A stretch of 64,000 nucleotides of DNA from Selaginella moellendorffii. Lineage: Eukaryota > Plantae > Lycopodiophyta. The position numbers were made by a program, and so were the translations under genes. The notes beneath the pieces are model-generated. The model saw nothing but the letters and a program-made list of their open reading frames with translations. It ran no database searches and was not told the origin of the DNA. Below, in pieces: positions 36,339-49,804 of this stretch; the stretch's first letter is position 1; every line of letters starts with the position of its first letter. The stretch spans positions 1,416,457 through 1,480,456 of the forward strand of contig NW_003314279.1 of assembly GCF_000143415.4 (NCBI RefSeq). Reading direction: 5' to 3'.

Positions 36339-36683
36339 TACTTTACCAATAAACTAATTGTTACACTTGCTTCCAACCCTTCTTCAAGGAGAGAGCATAG
36401 GGGTTGGAAAGCTTGTAGAACCCAGATGTTGCCAGTGACACAACATCCTCCAGCTTCCAAAACTGACAATCCATAGCAACCTGGCATCCAGCAAGAAGCC
36501 TCTCCACCTTGGCATCCTTACCTCACACAGTCATCACCTCTCCTCCCCCTCATCGCAATGGGCAGCACAATCAAAATACCCTAACTTTTAGGGGTTTTCG
36601 AAAGTTCTGGCACAAGGGTGTGCTGCATCAAGAGCAATCCATCAGTTCCAGTCACAGGTTGGTTATTCGAGTTGTGCTTTAGT

Positions 36684-37430
36684 TTATTTGTAGGCGACTG
36701 ATCTTCCATAGTACTGTTGGTCTTCGGTCTTTCCGAGTTCTTCAGGAACTTTCGCATTGCCAGCTACAACATCCGCCGCGCTAGAAGCCTGGAGTTCCTT
36801 GTCCAAAGGAACTAGATCTTCGTTGTCCAGAACCACACTGGGATTCTCTCGCGTCCACCGAGCACAGTCGCCAACCAGAGTTTTGAAATCTTGACAGCCA
36901 GAGCTCTCACATCGCCATCCCCAGCAACGTCCACACCAGCAGTCTTGTACCCGGAAGAACTGGAAACCCAAGGAGCATGAGCTTCTTCTCGGCACCGGAG
37001 CAGCGACGTTCCATAGATCTGCCACGCAACCAATAAATGGAGCAGCGATCTTTGGTGGAGCAGTACCATCACCTTGTGCTGTTAAAACCTCCGAGAATGA
37101 TCTTCCCAGTTCTTCCACAGCTGCTGCGGATGATGGATTGTGCTTGGAAACAAATGCCGGGCATTTGTCCCGACGAGCGAGCAAGCTTGCGACCAGGCCG
37201 GCCATGCAGACTGGCCCTTGTCGCTATTGACAACCACGGTCGCGAAGTTGAAGATCCTTTCATCGGCATCAAAATCTGGAAATACTTTCCTGCCTCTGCC
37301 GCCACTGTGCCGGTAGCTCTCAGCAAAGACGCAGCTGAGAATCCCCGGCGATGCAACATTTCCCTCGTGAAATCTGGCGCTGGAAGACGATATTTCATCG
37401 ATGAAGGAAGCGTTCCTGCCTTCTGCCAAT
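36684..37430 (-). pseudogene. Possible gene remnant of unknown family
   Basis: GC-rich, coding-like sequence. The 37082-37429 and 36812-37072 ORFs are in one frame, separated by a stop. No recognisable motif. Confidence 0.25.
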
Positions 37431-37479
37431 TTACTCTAGGGAAGAAAGATCCACACGCTCATCCTCGAGCGCGGCCTCG

Positions 37480-37870
37480 AGGATCTCCACCTCTACAACC
37501 TCATGCGGTAGCGTCCACGACTACTCGTGGCATTTGCCCAAAATGGGTATCTGGAGGAGGGCAAAGGGGCATTCGATCGAATGCCACAGCGCGACGTTGT
37601 GGCGTGGAATTCGATCCTGGGCGCCTACGCTCAGAACGGGAAATCGATCGATGCGGGGCGATTCTACGAGAGAATGCTTGGGCGGGACGTGATCTCCGCG
37701 AATTCCGTTTGCCAAGAGCGGCGATCCCGCCGGCGCGTGGAGGGCCTTCGCGCTGTGGACGTCCATGGCGCAGGCGCGCGCTGCGGGCGGGCAGCTCGAT
37801 CTGGCGTTGGAGACGCTCCATCGCATGGCGCGGTGGAACGTCTTCTCCAGCACAGTAACGATGCAACCAC
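37480..37870 (+). pseudogene. PLS PPR fragment
   Basis: AFAQNGYLEEGKGAFDRMPQRDVVAWNSILGAYAQNG..., then a frameshift into WTSMAQARAAGGQLDLALETLHRMARWNVFS. Confidence 0.8.
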
Positions 37871-38604
37871 GCGTTCCAGGCCAGGCAGGTCCTCATGCCC
37901 AGAACAAAAGCATCCAGCTTTGCCTCTACAAGCGACTGTGGCTCCCAGACTGCGTCGTCCCGGATCTCGTGGAGGTAAAGGCTTTCGCGTTGAATCCTTG
38001 TTGACTGACCGTGCGTTGACTAGGTGTATGGCGGCAACAGGAAGGAGAGGATTGCAACCGAGAACCAGTGTTAAGTGTTAGAGAAATCCTTTCCAAGATG
38101 TCTTTGCCTGTGAGAGCTTTTGGAACAGGAGGTCTTGATTCTTGCGGGATCGCACGACTGGATCTTGGATCTGGAGCTCGTCAAGTGGCTGAAAGCATGA
38201 GTGATTGATTGATTGCCAGTCGAGCGTCTCTTTCCTTACAGTTCTTGGATCTCACTTGCGCTTCTTTCCAGATACTTAGGCGAGAATGCGAGCCTTTCTC
38301 ACCCCAGGGCATGAAACCAAAAGTGTGATATCAATTCAAAGTACGTCAATTGCTAATTTTGTTTAGCGAATGGAGGAGAATGCCGAGCTGCGCCTCGAAG
38401 CTTTCGATTACTTGCAGCTCCCCTCCGCGATCAAGCAAGGTAGCATTTGATTCTTCGTCGTGGACGATCACTCTGAAAATTTTGCCCAGGCTATGTTGGG
38501 AGCCTATTCTTATTGCTTTGGAAGATGCTTCTCCTCGTGATGAATCGGAGGTTGTGTGTGGTAGAACTATTTCTTTTTTGGAAGTCTAAAGGGTGGCTTT
38601 GCTT

Positions 38605-40176
38605 CCAGTGGAGTGCTCCTCCTGGCTCACGGAGAGCCTTGACAAGGATTCCTCGGAGAAGACACTCAGCGCCTGGACCCGCTCCAAGACATCCAGGAAG
38701 CTCCTCCTGAGCTCGTCGGACTCTGCGGTGGCCCGCACGGTGTCCTCGCTGCCTGCGAGCCATGCTGTGAAGATGACAAGCGCCGGGAGCATGGTTGTAT
38801 CGCTGATCGCCGCCAGCGTGCGAACGACTTTGAATGCGCACGCCAGAGTCTCATGCAGCCAGCTCCTTGGCGGAGAAGTCTTGCAGACGAGGCCGAGATG
38901 GAAGTCTTCGATGGAGCACGCTAGTATCGTCACGAATCTGTATTCCCAGGAAAATTTTTCCCCTGGTTGGCTCTGCTGGATCGCCGTCTTTAGCGGGAGT
39001 TCCCATCCATCGCTCGAGTTCGTTCAGTGTGCCATCCAGCACCTTCTGCAAATCGTCGAAACTGCAAGCGTATCAAAACCATTTGCATGTCTCAAGCTAA
39101 TGCACTCACCCAGTTTTCAGGAGTAAGATCTCGAAGAGCCTCAAGAGATTGTCAAAGTTGGACGATCCTTGGCTGGCTTCAGCGATGGCGTCCAACTGAA
39201 AAATCCCCATCAACTTCTCTCATCGTGCTCAATAAATGGATACCTTACTCTCCAGAAGAAGTAGAAGGTTGCTGTGGCTTGTTGGAGACGGTATCTTCAC
39301 AAACAAGCTCTTCAGATAGTGATACAGCACGAACTCTATCTCCCACATGGGTCGCCAGCTAGAGATCAAACACTTAGAACCGAAAGAACGAACAGAAAAA
39401 CAATCGAGATCCTCGCACCTGTCCATGCGCTCCACCTTCGCAGTGACAAAGCCTCGAGGCTTGCACGTAGTAGTCCTCCGCGGTGGAATAGTTCCTCTTG
39501 CCAAGGCTCACTCCATACACCTCCCTGTAGCGAGCCAAGTCCGAGGCGCAGTAGCAGCCGGTGACAAGTCTCGCGGAACTCTCTCGCCTCGCTCTCGTCC
39601 AAGCTCTTGTCACAGCTATCCGAGACGATCCCACCGAGGCCATGCCTCACTCTCACCCTGAAAACAAGCTCCGAGTAGAAGTTGGAGCTGCTGGCTATGA
39701 AGTCGATCAAAGGCGCCACCACATTCTTGAGCGTCTTCTTGCCGACGCGGTCGCTCTTTTGCGTGATCTTGGCGTGGTGGGCTTTCCAGAGCGCCTTCTT
39801 GATCTCGGGGCTGAGAGAAGGAGGCCGTAGCCATCGTCCCGGAGCGCGTGGACCTCTTTGAGATCCGCGTCTTTGCTCTCGAGCTTGGCTTTGAGATCCC
39901 TCTCGGCCTGGCTGAGCAAAGTGAGCAAAGAAGATTTGCGGCAGTGATAGATAGATACCTGGGAGGAGTCGATGCGGCGGTGCTTGGAATGTCGGCTTCG
40001 CTGCTCCTCCGGGGTGGTTTCTTGCGTACGCAGTCTTTACAGAAATCTCTCACTCACTCAAGAAATAGAAAGAGCAAAACACACACCTGTCACCTTTTTG
40101 CCAGTCCATCACGACTTATTCCTCTTGCAGCACCGCGGCTATCTTGTCAAGTTCTTCCTCTCTTGCGCTTCTCCAT
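38605..40176 (-). pseudogene. Pseudogenised, 3'-truncated duplicate of the SMG7/EST1-like gene
   Basis: Near-identical to ~18545-20112 including introns. Lesions: 2-bp deletion at ~39541, deletions at ~39755, ~39810 and ~39350, extra base at ~38935, altered acceptor at ~40038 and an early stop after MEKRKRGRT. Confidence 0.9.
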
Positions 40177-40307
40177 TTAGGGTTTATCAGTCTTTAGTCT
40201 AGCGCCATTGTGTAAGTTGCCACCATCGCCACGAGACGATTCCTCTTCGAGTTCCAACCCGACACAAGGATATAATCCCAACAACCCTAAGGGCCGACAG
40301 AAGCGCT

Positions 40308-43300
40308 ATGTCGCAGGAAAGGGTGCTTGTTCCTTTGATGGCTGGCAGCCGCGCACAGCTCAATGGTGAGCTCACGGAGGATTTCACTAGTGTTTCCAGG
40401 GCCGCGCTGCTTGGCCTTCTCAATACCGCGCTGAGCAATGGTGGCAGCGACGCGCAAAACATAGAGGTGACCATTTTCTCTCTTGCAAGCTGTACTAATC
40501 TTCCTTTCCCTTGCTCTCCAGCCTCTTGTGTGTCTCCTGGTCTCGACTGACGCGGAGATTGTGTTACTCGCTTTGGAAGTCATTGCCTCGATCGTGCGCT
40601 CGCATAAGCTCGCTCATGACAAGCAGACGAGCAAGATCCTGCGGGAGTTTTCTCGGGGCTGGGCGGGGAGTAACGGGCCTCTGGATTTGGAGTCCTGCAT
40701 CTTTTGCGGTGACGCGGAACAAGCTCGTCTCGCATCCAGTCTCCACTTCGAGTTTTATCACGGTGGGAAGCTGGAAGTCATTCAGCTGGGCATGGAAGCT
40801 CTGCGCATGGACGACTGTTTGGCTCTCTTCAACAGGCTGGTGTGCGAGTTCAACGTCCCCATGGAGCTCCGGTTTGCGTTGCTGACGAGAATCCGATTCG
40901 CAAAGGCATTCTCGTCCACGGCAGCGAGGCAAACGTACGTGAGGATCTTGATCTTGTCTTTGGAGCTGATCCAGTGGCGGAAGCTCATGTTTAAGCAGCT
41001 GGCGGATGTCGTGGTGAGCGGCAACGACGTTCCCGAGAGCATCCGGGTGGCGGCGCTCTATGCCTTGACGGCTTACGGGAAAAGAGACATTTTTACGCGG
41101 GCGAACAGGGAGAGGAAGGTGAAAGAGTTTCTCAGCGGGAACAGCCAGCATTCCAGTGGCTTCATCCAGGCCTTGCTTTTCAACTCTTCTGTGGCCCCTG
41201 GCAAAGAGCTTCCTGGCTTCGTTTTGGGAGTCGCAAGCATCGACAACGTTTTGGCATGGCTGGAGGACGAGCTCGAGGGCCCTCGAGACGGACGTATGAT
41301 CAAGAGCCTACTGCTCTCCGAGGCTCTGCGTGATCCGGGGGCTGTCCATGGCATCCAGAAGGCCCGGGTGGAGCGATGCTTGGTCAAAGTTTTCGGAAAC
41401 TCCAAGCTGTTTGGAAGTGAAGTGTTTGATACAGCGGCTGGTGTGCTGCTATCTTGGGGTTGGAGTGATCAAGTAAAGGCTGCGTTTATGGAGGCTATGG
41501 TTTCGGAAGCTATTCCGTCTGGGTGGCAGATCACAGAAGCAGCCGTCACGTACTTCTTATCAAGGATGACGCCTGGGATTCAAACGAAGACGGTGGAGTT
41601 GATTCGAAGGGACGTCGCGAGCGTCTCTGACGTCGTGCTGCTGGAAGCACTAAGCCAGGACAGTTTTACGTCGTCGCTAATCGAGGCTGGCGGCTATGAG
41701 TTTCTCCAGCAGCTCCCGGGATATGTGCTGGAAAGGCCACGAAGGAGTGCTGCGCTCAATCTCAGCGACAGCTCCTACGTAGAGATTGCCAGGAGTCTCT
41801 CCTCGGATTTTGGAAAGTGTGCTTGGCACTCGGAGCGGCTAGCCAGACTTGTCGAGTGGCTGTTGTTCGACAACAACGGTGCCTGCAACCTTTCCTTCCT
41901 GAAGCAGCTCTACGCGCACGGGGCACTCGATAAGCTTCTGGCCAGCCTTGAAGGGCTGGGAGGGTGGTCTTCACAGGCGGCATTACCACCACTGGACGCA
42001 TACTTCTCCACTTTGAAGCAGCTCCTGGAGAATCACTCGGCCCTCGTAGGGGTGGTCGTCGACGAAAGCAGACTGGTTCACCGGATTCTCCACGCCGTTG
42101 TTGCGGTGTTTCGACTTTCTCACGGGCTGGCTACTCCAGAGGGCGCCGAAACTCTCCTCCTCACTGTCTGGAAGCGATGTGACTGCCAGGAAAGGCAGCA
42201 GGTCCTGGTTTCGCTACTCGAAGAGCTGGGACGCGGAGGTGCCGCAGCTGCTAGCGTGGTAGCTCTACTCGTTACCAAAGATGGTGGTGCTGCAGCATTT
42301 GCTCGAGCCCGAGGTGGGGTGGCGAGGACGGTGTTAGAGCTGCTCGAGTCTTCAGCGTCGCCTTCAGAAGATCTGCTGCGGATCCTAAACCGTATGTTTG
42401 AAGCTCGGGGTGACGACGACAGTGGCAATCCTTTTACTCCGACAGACTTGCCTGAGCAAAGCGACGAGCTCATGGTAAGGGCAGTAGTTTGGTATGGCAA
42501 CTCCCTCCAACGCAGGACTAGTCTCTGCATCTCGGAGCTTGCCAAGCTTGGTGAAACACTAACGAGGAATCACAGTGTTGCGCAGGAGCTGCTAAAGGCG
42601 GGTGATTTGGCTGGCCTTGTCGGCGCGATTCTGGAACTAGTCTCCGCGGATCCATGCTCCAAGAGCTACGCATTCAGGACCGTGGTTCATTTGCTGGAAG
42701 ATAGACAGGTGCTGTATCATAGCATGGTGCGCAAGATCTGGACGTATATGAAGATGACCTTTGACACGAAGTTTGACAGGAGCTGCAAGAGGAAGTGTGA
42801 CACCGGTCTCTTCGTGACGAGCTTCTCGTCCTTGGCCTTGAGAGAGCCGGATGTTTTCATGCAAGCGTCCTTTGATACCTGTGAAGTTGACGACGAGAAC
42901 TACATGCATTTGAAGGACGCCGACGTTTACCCGGATAGTAACGCCAGTGCTGCTGCTTCGGACGTCTTCACCCGGCTGCTGGATCTTCTTTTGGACAGGC
43001 TAGACGACGTCGCGTTGGAGCTCTTGACAGAGATAGTTGACGAGATCCCAGGCACACCGCAAGCCGTGGACGCCGGGATTGTTGAGCGTGTTTTGCAAAG
43101 CAGCGTGGATGCAGCCTTGGTTCGCAAGTTCGTCGGCGCCTTGATACGGCGCGAGAAAGACAGTTCCATAACTCCAGCCTTGATGAGCGCGTTCTCGTCC
43201 AAGCCGGACACTGTGAAACTGGTCTACCTCTCCAGAAATGTGCAGTGCTGCCTCCAGTATATCACCATCCCAGTGGCCGACTGCATGCTCAAAGCTCTCG

Positions 43301-46089
43301 GCGGACTCGATTTGGACCATCCAGAGGCAGGAGCCGTGGCAGCTTCGATCTTTGGGGTGCTGTCAGGATCCTGGGATGGCGATGATCTCCCAGGTCCAAC
43401 TTTCGATGGGCCTAAGGTGTCGGATGATGGCGTCGCAGCTTTTCTCGTTAACTGGCGGCAGATGGTGGCTCAAAGTGGCAGTGCTGCCGAGGAAAGCTCG
43501 ATCCAAGACGGGGAAATGGACGACGAGGAAGTGGATGACGAGGACGAGAAAGTGGATGACGAGGACGAGGACGTGGATGACGAGGACGAGGACGTGGATG
43601 ACGAGGACGAGGACTGGATGTCCTGGAAGATTGGCGAGGATGTTTTGGAGATACTCGTCAAGTTCCTGTGGCTCCATCCTGCTCATACAGGCCATTGTCT
43701 CTTGCAATTGGCCTGTCTTTTTAAAGAGCATGCTCCTTGTGCTGCGCTTTCGAAAGCTTTGCTTGGCATGGTCCTGAGCCCTGGAGCGATGCGAGCTTTT
43801 GGATCACGTCTCTGGCATAGGTGTTCCATCTCCGGTAAGTTTTGGCTCGCTGTTGCTTCACCATTCTTATTTCACAGTGTTCGTTGCAGGAGTTCCAGAC
43901 TTTGTGTTGGAACGAATGGTTTATATACATATCAGGCTGGCGTATCGCGGCTATTTCTTGGAAGAAGATAATGCGGTTGCTTTCATACCTGTGCTCGTCA
44001 ATATGCTGGATAAAAATCGCAGGCTTTCGAAGCTGGCGATGAAGATGCTGAAGATCGTAGTGCAGCACCTTCACAAAACATTCTCCATAGCTCTTTCAGA
44101 GGCGGAGGTTCACAAGCTCTGCCGTACCGTGCTTTTCACCAGCGAAAGGTAATTTATCTTCTTTTTCTCATATAGCTTGTCCGGACGATCACCTTTTATT
44201 TGTGCTTGTTTTGTAAAACAGATCGTCGCTTGACACCTTGGCCGACTTGCTCGTCTTGAATCCCGCTCTCTCGCCAGCCGTTGCCTCGCGTTTGACGAGC
44301 TTGTCCACGGAAGTTGGCAACTGTGCCTTGGAAAGCTTAGAGCGCGGCAATCACTCATGCAACGAGACCGTCGCTCGCCTTGCTCAACTCTTCGAGCGAC
44401 TTGTAGATCAGCAAAACGTGGAAGCAAGGGAGCACCTGGTCCGAACACTAGATCCGCTGTGGAGATTTGTGCGCGAGGCACAAAACATGAGGAAGACACG
44501 ACCACTCGTCGAGGCCTTCTTCCTCACTCAAGCACTCGGCTCCAGTAGCGCACCGCCAGACTCAGCCGTGACCACTCTACAAAGCATAGCCAAGAGACAC
44601 CCTCGCTACCTCAAGCTCGCGCTGCCCATGCTCCGGAAGTGGCCATGCCTTTTGAGCTTGGGCTTGGAGTTCAAGCTCGAGTTTGTGCGAGGCAGCTTTA
44701 CGTCTTGCACGAAATCTACACCACGTCCGCGGCTCCCCGTGACGAGGGACTGCATTCTACAGGATTCTCGCAAGGGCCTTGCGCAGCTGACGCCCGAGGT
44801 GCTCAGGCTCTCCAGGAGCGTGGTTTTGGAGTTTGTGGACGAATCGAGAGATGATTTGGGTGGATTAAGACGAGAGTGGTTTCACCTTGTGTCGCGGGAG
44901 ATTGGGGAGAAGCTGTTTACCACAGTTGGGGATGATCGCTACCAGCCATATCCAAGCTTGTCCGATAGCAACCTCTCGGACTTTAAGTTCGTTGGTCAGC
45001 TGGTGAGTGGTTTTTTCTTTCTATTTTTCTCAGTGCCAACCTTTCTCTTTGTTATCAGGTAGCCAAAGCTATTGTGGACGATGAAAGGCTTGATTTACGC
45101 TTTACTCGCGCCTTCTACAAGCACATACTAGGACAGGAGGTGACATACAAGGATATGGATGAAGAGTTTGTCAAGAATATTACTTGGTTGCTGGAGGTAC
45201 GTTTCTTTTATTTGTTTCACTTCTCTTATGAAGGTTTTTATTATTGCAGAACAACGTTGATGAATCAATAGGCCTGACTTTTAGTGTGGATATAGAGCAT
45301 TGCACATCAGGTGGAAAGACTGAGGTAACTAGAAGTTCATTTAAACTTGTTTATAAGGCTGATTTTGGAGTATAATTACAGTTGATTACCTGTGATCTTG
45401 TGGCTGGGGGAGGAGATATCTCTGTTACTGATGCAAATAAGCATGACTACGTGATGTTATTAGGGGAATATTTGATGACAAAATCAATCAAGCCACAGCT
45501 AAATGCATTTTTGGATGGGTTTTATGAATTAATTCCTATTGGTTTGTTATCAAACCTGAATGCTGATGACTTGGAGTTGCTCATATGTGGATCTTCTAAA
45601 ATAGAGGGTAAGTTTTTCATAAATTAGATTATGTATGTCTAATATAAATTCTATTTATGCAGTTCAAGATATTAAAAATGTTGCGAAATGTAAGCATCAT
45701 CACCATATTTTAAAATGGTTTTGGACCATCATTAAGGGCTTTAATGAAAAAAACAAAGAAATGTTATTGAAATTTATAACTGGCAGTTCAAAGGTAAATA
45801 AATATATATATATATAACTCTAATTGTTTTTTATTAACTTTTTATTTATTAGGTTCCATTTTCTGGCTTAAACAGTTTTTATATTGGTTATTTAGAAGAA
45901 GAAAATCATTATTTACCAGTTGCACATACATGGTAAGTATTTCACTTATATTAAATTTCTTTACTAAATATATGATTTTATTATTGTAGTGTTAATCAGA
46001 TTTTGTTGCCTCTTTATAAGTCTAAGGAACAACTTAGAGAAAAATTATTATTAGCCATATACGAAGGTGCTGAGAGGTTTGGTTTTTAA
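40308..46089 (+). CDS. HECT-domain E3 ubiquitin ligase, divergent compact UPL1/UPL2 (HUWE1/Tom1)-like, multi-exon
   Basis: N-terminal DUF908-like SSLHFEFY..LRFALLTRIRFAKAFSS. HECT motifs D.GGLRREWF, FKFVGQLVAKA, FTRAFYKHILG, LNAFLDGFYELIP, FITGSSKVP. The catalytic LPVAHT-C (TG|T split by the last intron) is followed by ...LLLAIYEGAERFGF*. Confidence 0.88.
43515..43615 (+). repeat. 21-bp coding tandem repeat encoding (VDDEDED)n acidic tract
   Basis: About five copies of gtggatgacgaggacgagga-like units. Confidence 0.9.
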
Positions 46090-49000
46090 GTTGTTCACTA
46101 TAAATTTAAAATAAGTCTTTTGTATAAAAAATGTATAAATTTATAAAAGTGATTTTTCCAAATTAGAAAATTATAATAGTAAATTTATATATTCTCAAAA
46201 TAACATAGATTTTTAATAAAAAAGGATATTTTGTGGTAATGGATATACCTAAAATATTCTTAGATATTCTAGTATATTCTATTAATTCATGCATTTAGAT
46301 TAATTTATATTTATAAATTATAAAAAAGTTTATAATTTTTAAGGTTTTAAAAGTATATTCAATAGATAGTTTGTTCAAAAGCCCTTTTTTTGTTAAAGTT
46401 GGATTTCAATACAAGCATAAAAACCTTTAGGGTTGGTTGGTTTTGGTTGATATTTTATTTTGTGCACCATTAGTGATTGTTGATGGGTTGCCTCCTCCAT
46501 TTCCAAAAAATGAATTACTATGTCAAGTGGTGGGTGCTCATAAAGAAGAAGTATGGATCCACTAATTGCAAAATGTTTTGGGCAGTGAGCTTTATGATGA
46601 ATATAACTTTTTGGTGTAAAATAAAAAATTCAAGGTGGTTAAAGATATAAATTGGTGATGGTGTTGAGTAGCAGTTGGTAGTATTAGTATATTATCTGAA
46701 CTTTTTGTTACCACTTAGGGTATTGCAAGGTTTTAAACAAGTCATGGCAATCATTTATAGCATGCTTTCAAGCATCACAACCCTTGTTTGATTGACTATT
46801 TTTCAAGATGGTGGATAATTTCTTTGATAATGATTATGCATCTTTCGATGATTGATAATTTTTCATAATGGTTAGTTATTATTTTAATGGTTTTTAGGTT
46901 TTACCACATATTCTTTGTGGTTTCCTTTAGATTGGTCTTTTAGGTTTAACATATCGGTAGGATGTTACTGACACTTCCTTGAGCAACTTTAATTCCTTTG
47001 TATTATTGATTAAGATCTATCTAGATTAGCTAGTATGATAGTTAGTATAAATATGTGTTTATTGGCCCTTGTGGTATTAATTGGTTCTGATAGATTTGGA
47101 TGTTATTTCCTTTAGATAATACATTCATAAACATTTTTTTTGCCAATCAATGATACTTTGTATTCTTTAAGCTATCTTTTGTAAATTGTTTGGCATATTA
47201 TCTACAAAATTTAGTAGTTTAATTTTATCATTGAGTTTTTTTTATGATATACTTGCAATTGAATTTTGTTGAATGGCTAATCCTATGACTTTAAACTAAT
47301 GATTTTAGTGGTTCTTATAATTCTGGTAAATTAGATGATAACTTAATTATAATTTGTGTTCTAATCTAAGAATAATTCATAATTTAGTCTTTAAGATAGC
47401 ATTAGTTTTGACTTTGATATTGCTTATCTATTGATCTTTGGATTTAGGCCAGTATAAGTAGATTGGTTTTAGCACTTTGTGTGTATAGTGAAATCTTTAA
47501 TTATAGGATAACTACAGTCAATTAATCATATCACTTGTCTCTCTTTTGATGTTCCTTATTTCATTAAAAAAGTATGATTGTGTAAACAACTCTAACTACT
47601 TATTTACAATAGTCTATCTAAACCTTATCGATAGGTTTAGTTTGTTTCCTTGGCCTTTAACTGCTCTCTCTATATCACTTACAAACAAAGACATATCATT
47701 TTTTGTAAATTGAGTGATATCCAAAATAAGAAGGGTGGTTAATTTTGTGATGACAGCCAAAAACTGTTTAAGTGGTAATGCATTTTCATTAGACAGAGAA
47801 GTTACCCCCTAACTCATTTAAGTTCATACATTTCTCACAAAGTGTAAACACTATAAACTTTTACTAGAGTTATTTTCTTGATAGCAGTCTAAACTAGAGT
47901 ATGCATTGATGCAGATGTCAATCTTCTTTAACGAGAGAGAGCGTCATGAATGTGACTATAGGTATCAAAAATTATTTATCAACTAGTTTTTTCGGATATT
48001 TTTTCTTTACTGCCACAATAGCAAGAGGTTAGTATTGTTGGACCCTTTATTAGCCTCTATTTAAGCTAGTTGAGAAATTAATCATCATATATGGATTTAT
48101 GCTAAATGAATATAAGGTAGGAACTCCTATGTATTTTCTTATTAAGCATATTCAGCTTGGTATGAAAAACTCATATGCACTTGCTAGTGTTAAGAACCCT
48201 TGCCATATTCAACTTGGTCCCTTAATATTCACTAGGTGATAATTTACTGTGTCCACTAAGATATTCTTGCTATCATTCCTCCATATGTTAATTTCATTTG
48301 GCTATTTATGGAAAGTATCTAAATTTGCTAGTTTAGAATATATACAAAATGTAAAAATTATCCTGAATATAATGGTGTTGTTTGCATATTCAAATTCACA
48401 ATCTAATATCATTCAATATTGAATAAGTTTTCATAATTACCCCAAAAACTAACTCTTAGGACTAAGTTGAAAGCCCAAAGTGTGCTTTATTGGGGCAGGG
48501 CAGGGGGGGCGGGGGGGAGCTTTAGGGGTTTTCAAATGTATAATAGAGATAGTCGGTAGATTGCGTATGGTTGATCAACCAAAGGTATAGTTTAACTCTT
48601 TATTTACATGTTTATCCTTGTTTTGCATTTGGCTTGGGTTTAAGTTTAGACTCTAGACCATGCTAGTTTAGATATTACAAAGTTGATTATCCACAGCTAA
48701 TAAAAAATAACAAAGATTTGGTGGAATATTAAACCATTAAACCATTGCTATGCTGAAATAGTATTAAACTCTATTTAGCTCCATTTTATATGTTAGTCAA
48801 TGTTGGGATGTTAAATGTTTTAGGACTATTTTTATATCATCCATGCTTTTATCCTTTTGCTCCTTGGGCTAAATACTCAAAAGTCATTTTGTGTTTTGGT
48901 TTTTTTGCTCTTTGGTTGTATGCTTGAGAGTTTAGCTTTGTCTCTTCGTTCAATACCCCAAAGCCCTAAACTTAGGTTCCACTTTATTGCCATTGGGTCA

Positions 49001-49804
49001 CATATCCAAAAGTTAAATTTTTGCTCCATAGTTAATTTATGGTAAATCACTATAGGGTAAATAAAAACCATATGTGCTATAAATATTTATTAACTAATCC
49101 TTTTAGAATTTTTTTTACTACCATTATAAAAGATTAACATTGCTAATTCCTTATATTAGTCTTTTTTATTTAAATATAGTAAACTGGGCTTAACATCTGT
49201 ACTTAGCCAAATAAGCATAAAGTAAAAACTTCTATATATTTTTATTAAATATAATAGGTCTAACTTTTAGTTATTTTTTGCTTTATTTTGCACTAATATA
49301 GCAAAAACCCTTATATATTAAGCCCTAGTCCCTTAATATTGCTACATGATAATTTATAGTGTTTATTAAATATTCTTGTTATTATGCCCTTTATGCTTAT
49401 TCCATTTTAATTCTATTAACTAAATGTCTAGAGTTGCCAAAATAACACACTATAGTGTTATTTCCACATCTAAATTTGTAATCTTTTTTTAAAGCAAGCT
49501 TTCATAATGTATAAATGCAAAATTAATCTTATTTAGAATAAACTAAATTATACTAAGAAGTATTTAATAAAAAAGTTTATATATTATAATAAAAGATTAA
49601 TCTAAATTAATAAAATGGTAAAATATCCTAAAATACTTAAATATATTACTTATTCTTTTATACAAATAAAAAAAGGAACTTTTAGCAATTCTTAAACAAT
49701 TCTTCATTTATGTCCTACCTCTTGTCCTTTTAAAAAAAGTGAGTGACCAGTTCCATTTAAAGCAATTCCCACGATGGAATCCTGCAGGGGAATCTTGCGT
49801 GTTC

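Noticed and set aside
48500-48520. G-run (ggggcagggcagggggggcggggggga) as a functional G-quadruplex
   Set aside because: It fits the motif but is isolated in repeat-like intergenic DNA with no supporting context.
46100-49700. Possible decayed transposon coding sequence in the AT-rich block (also 1-1650 and 20800-22450)
   Set aside because: No ORF or protein motif that I can identify by eye. It needs TBLASTX or a repeat library.
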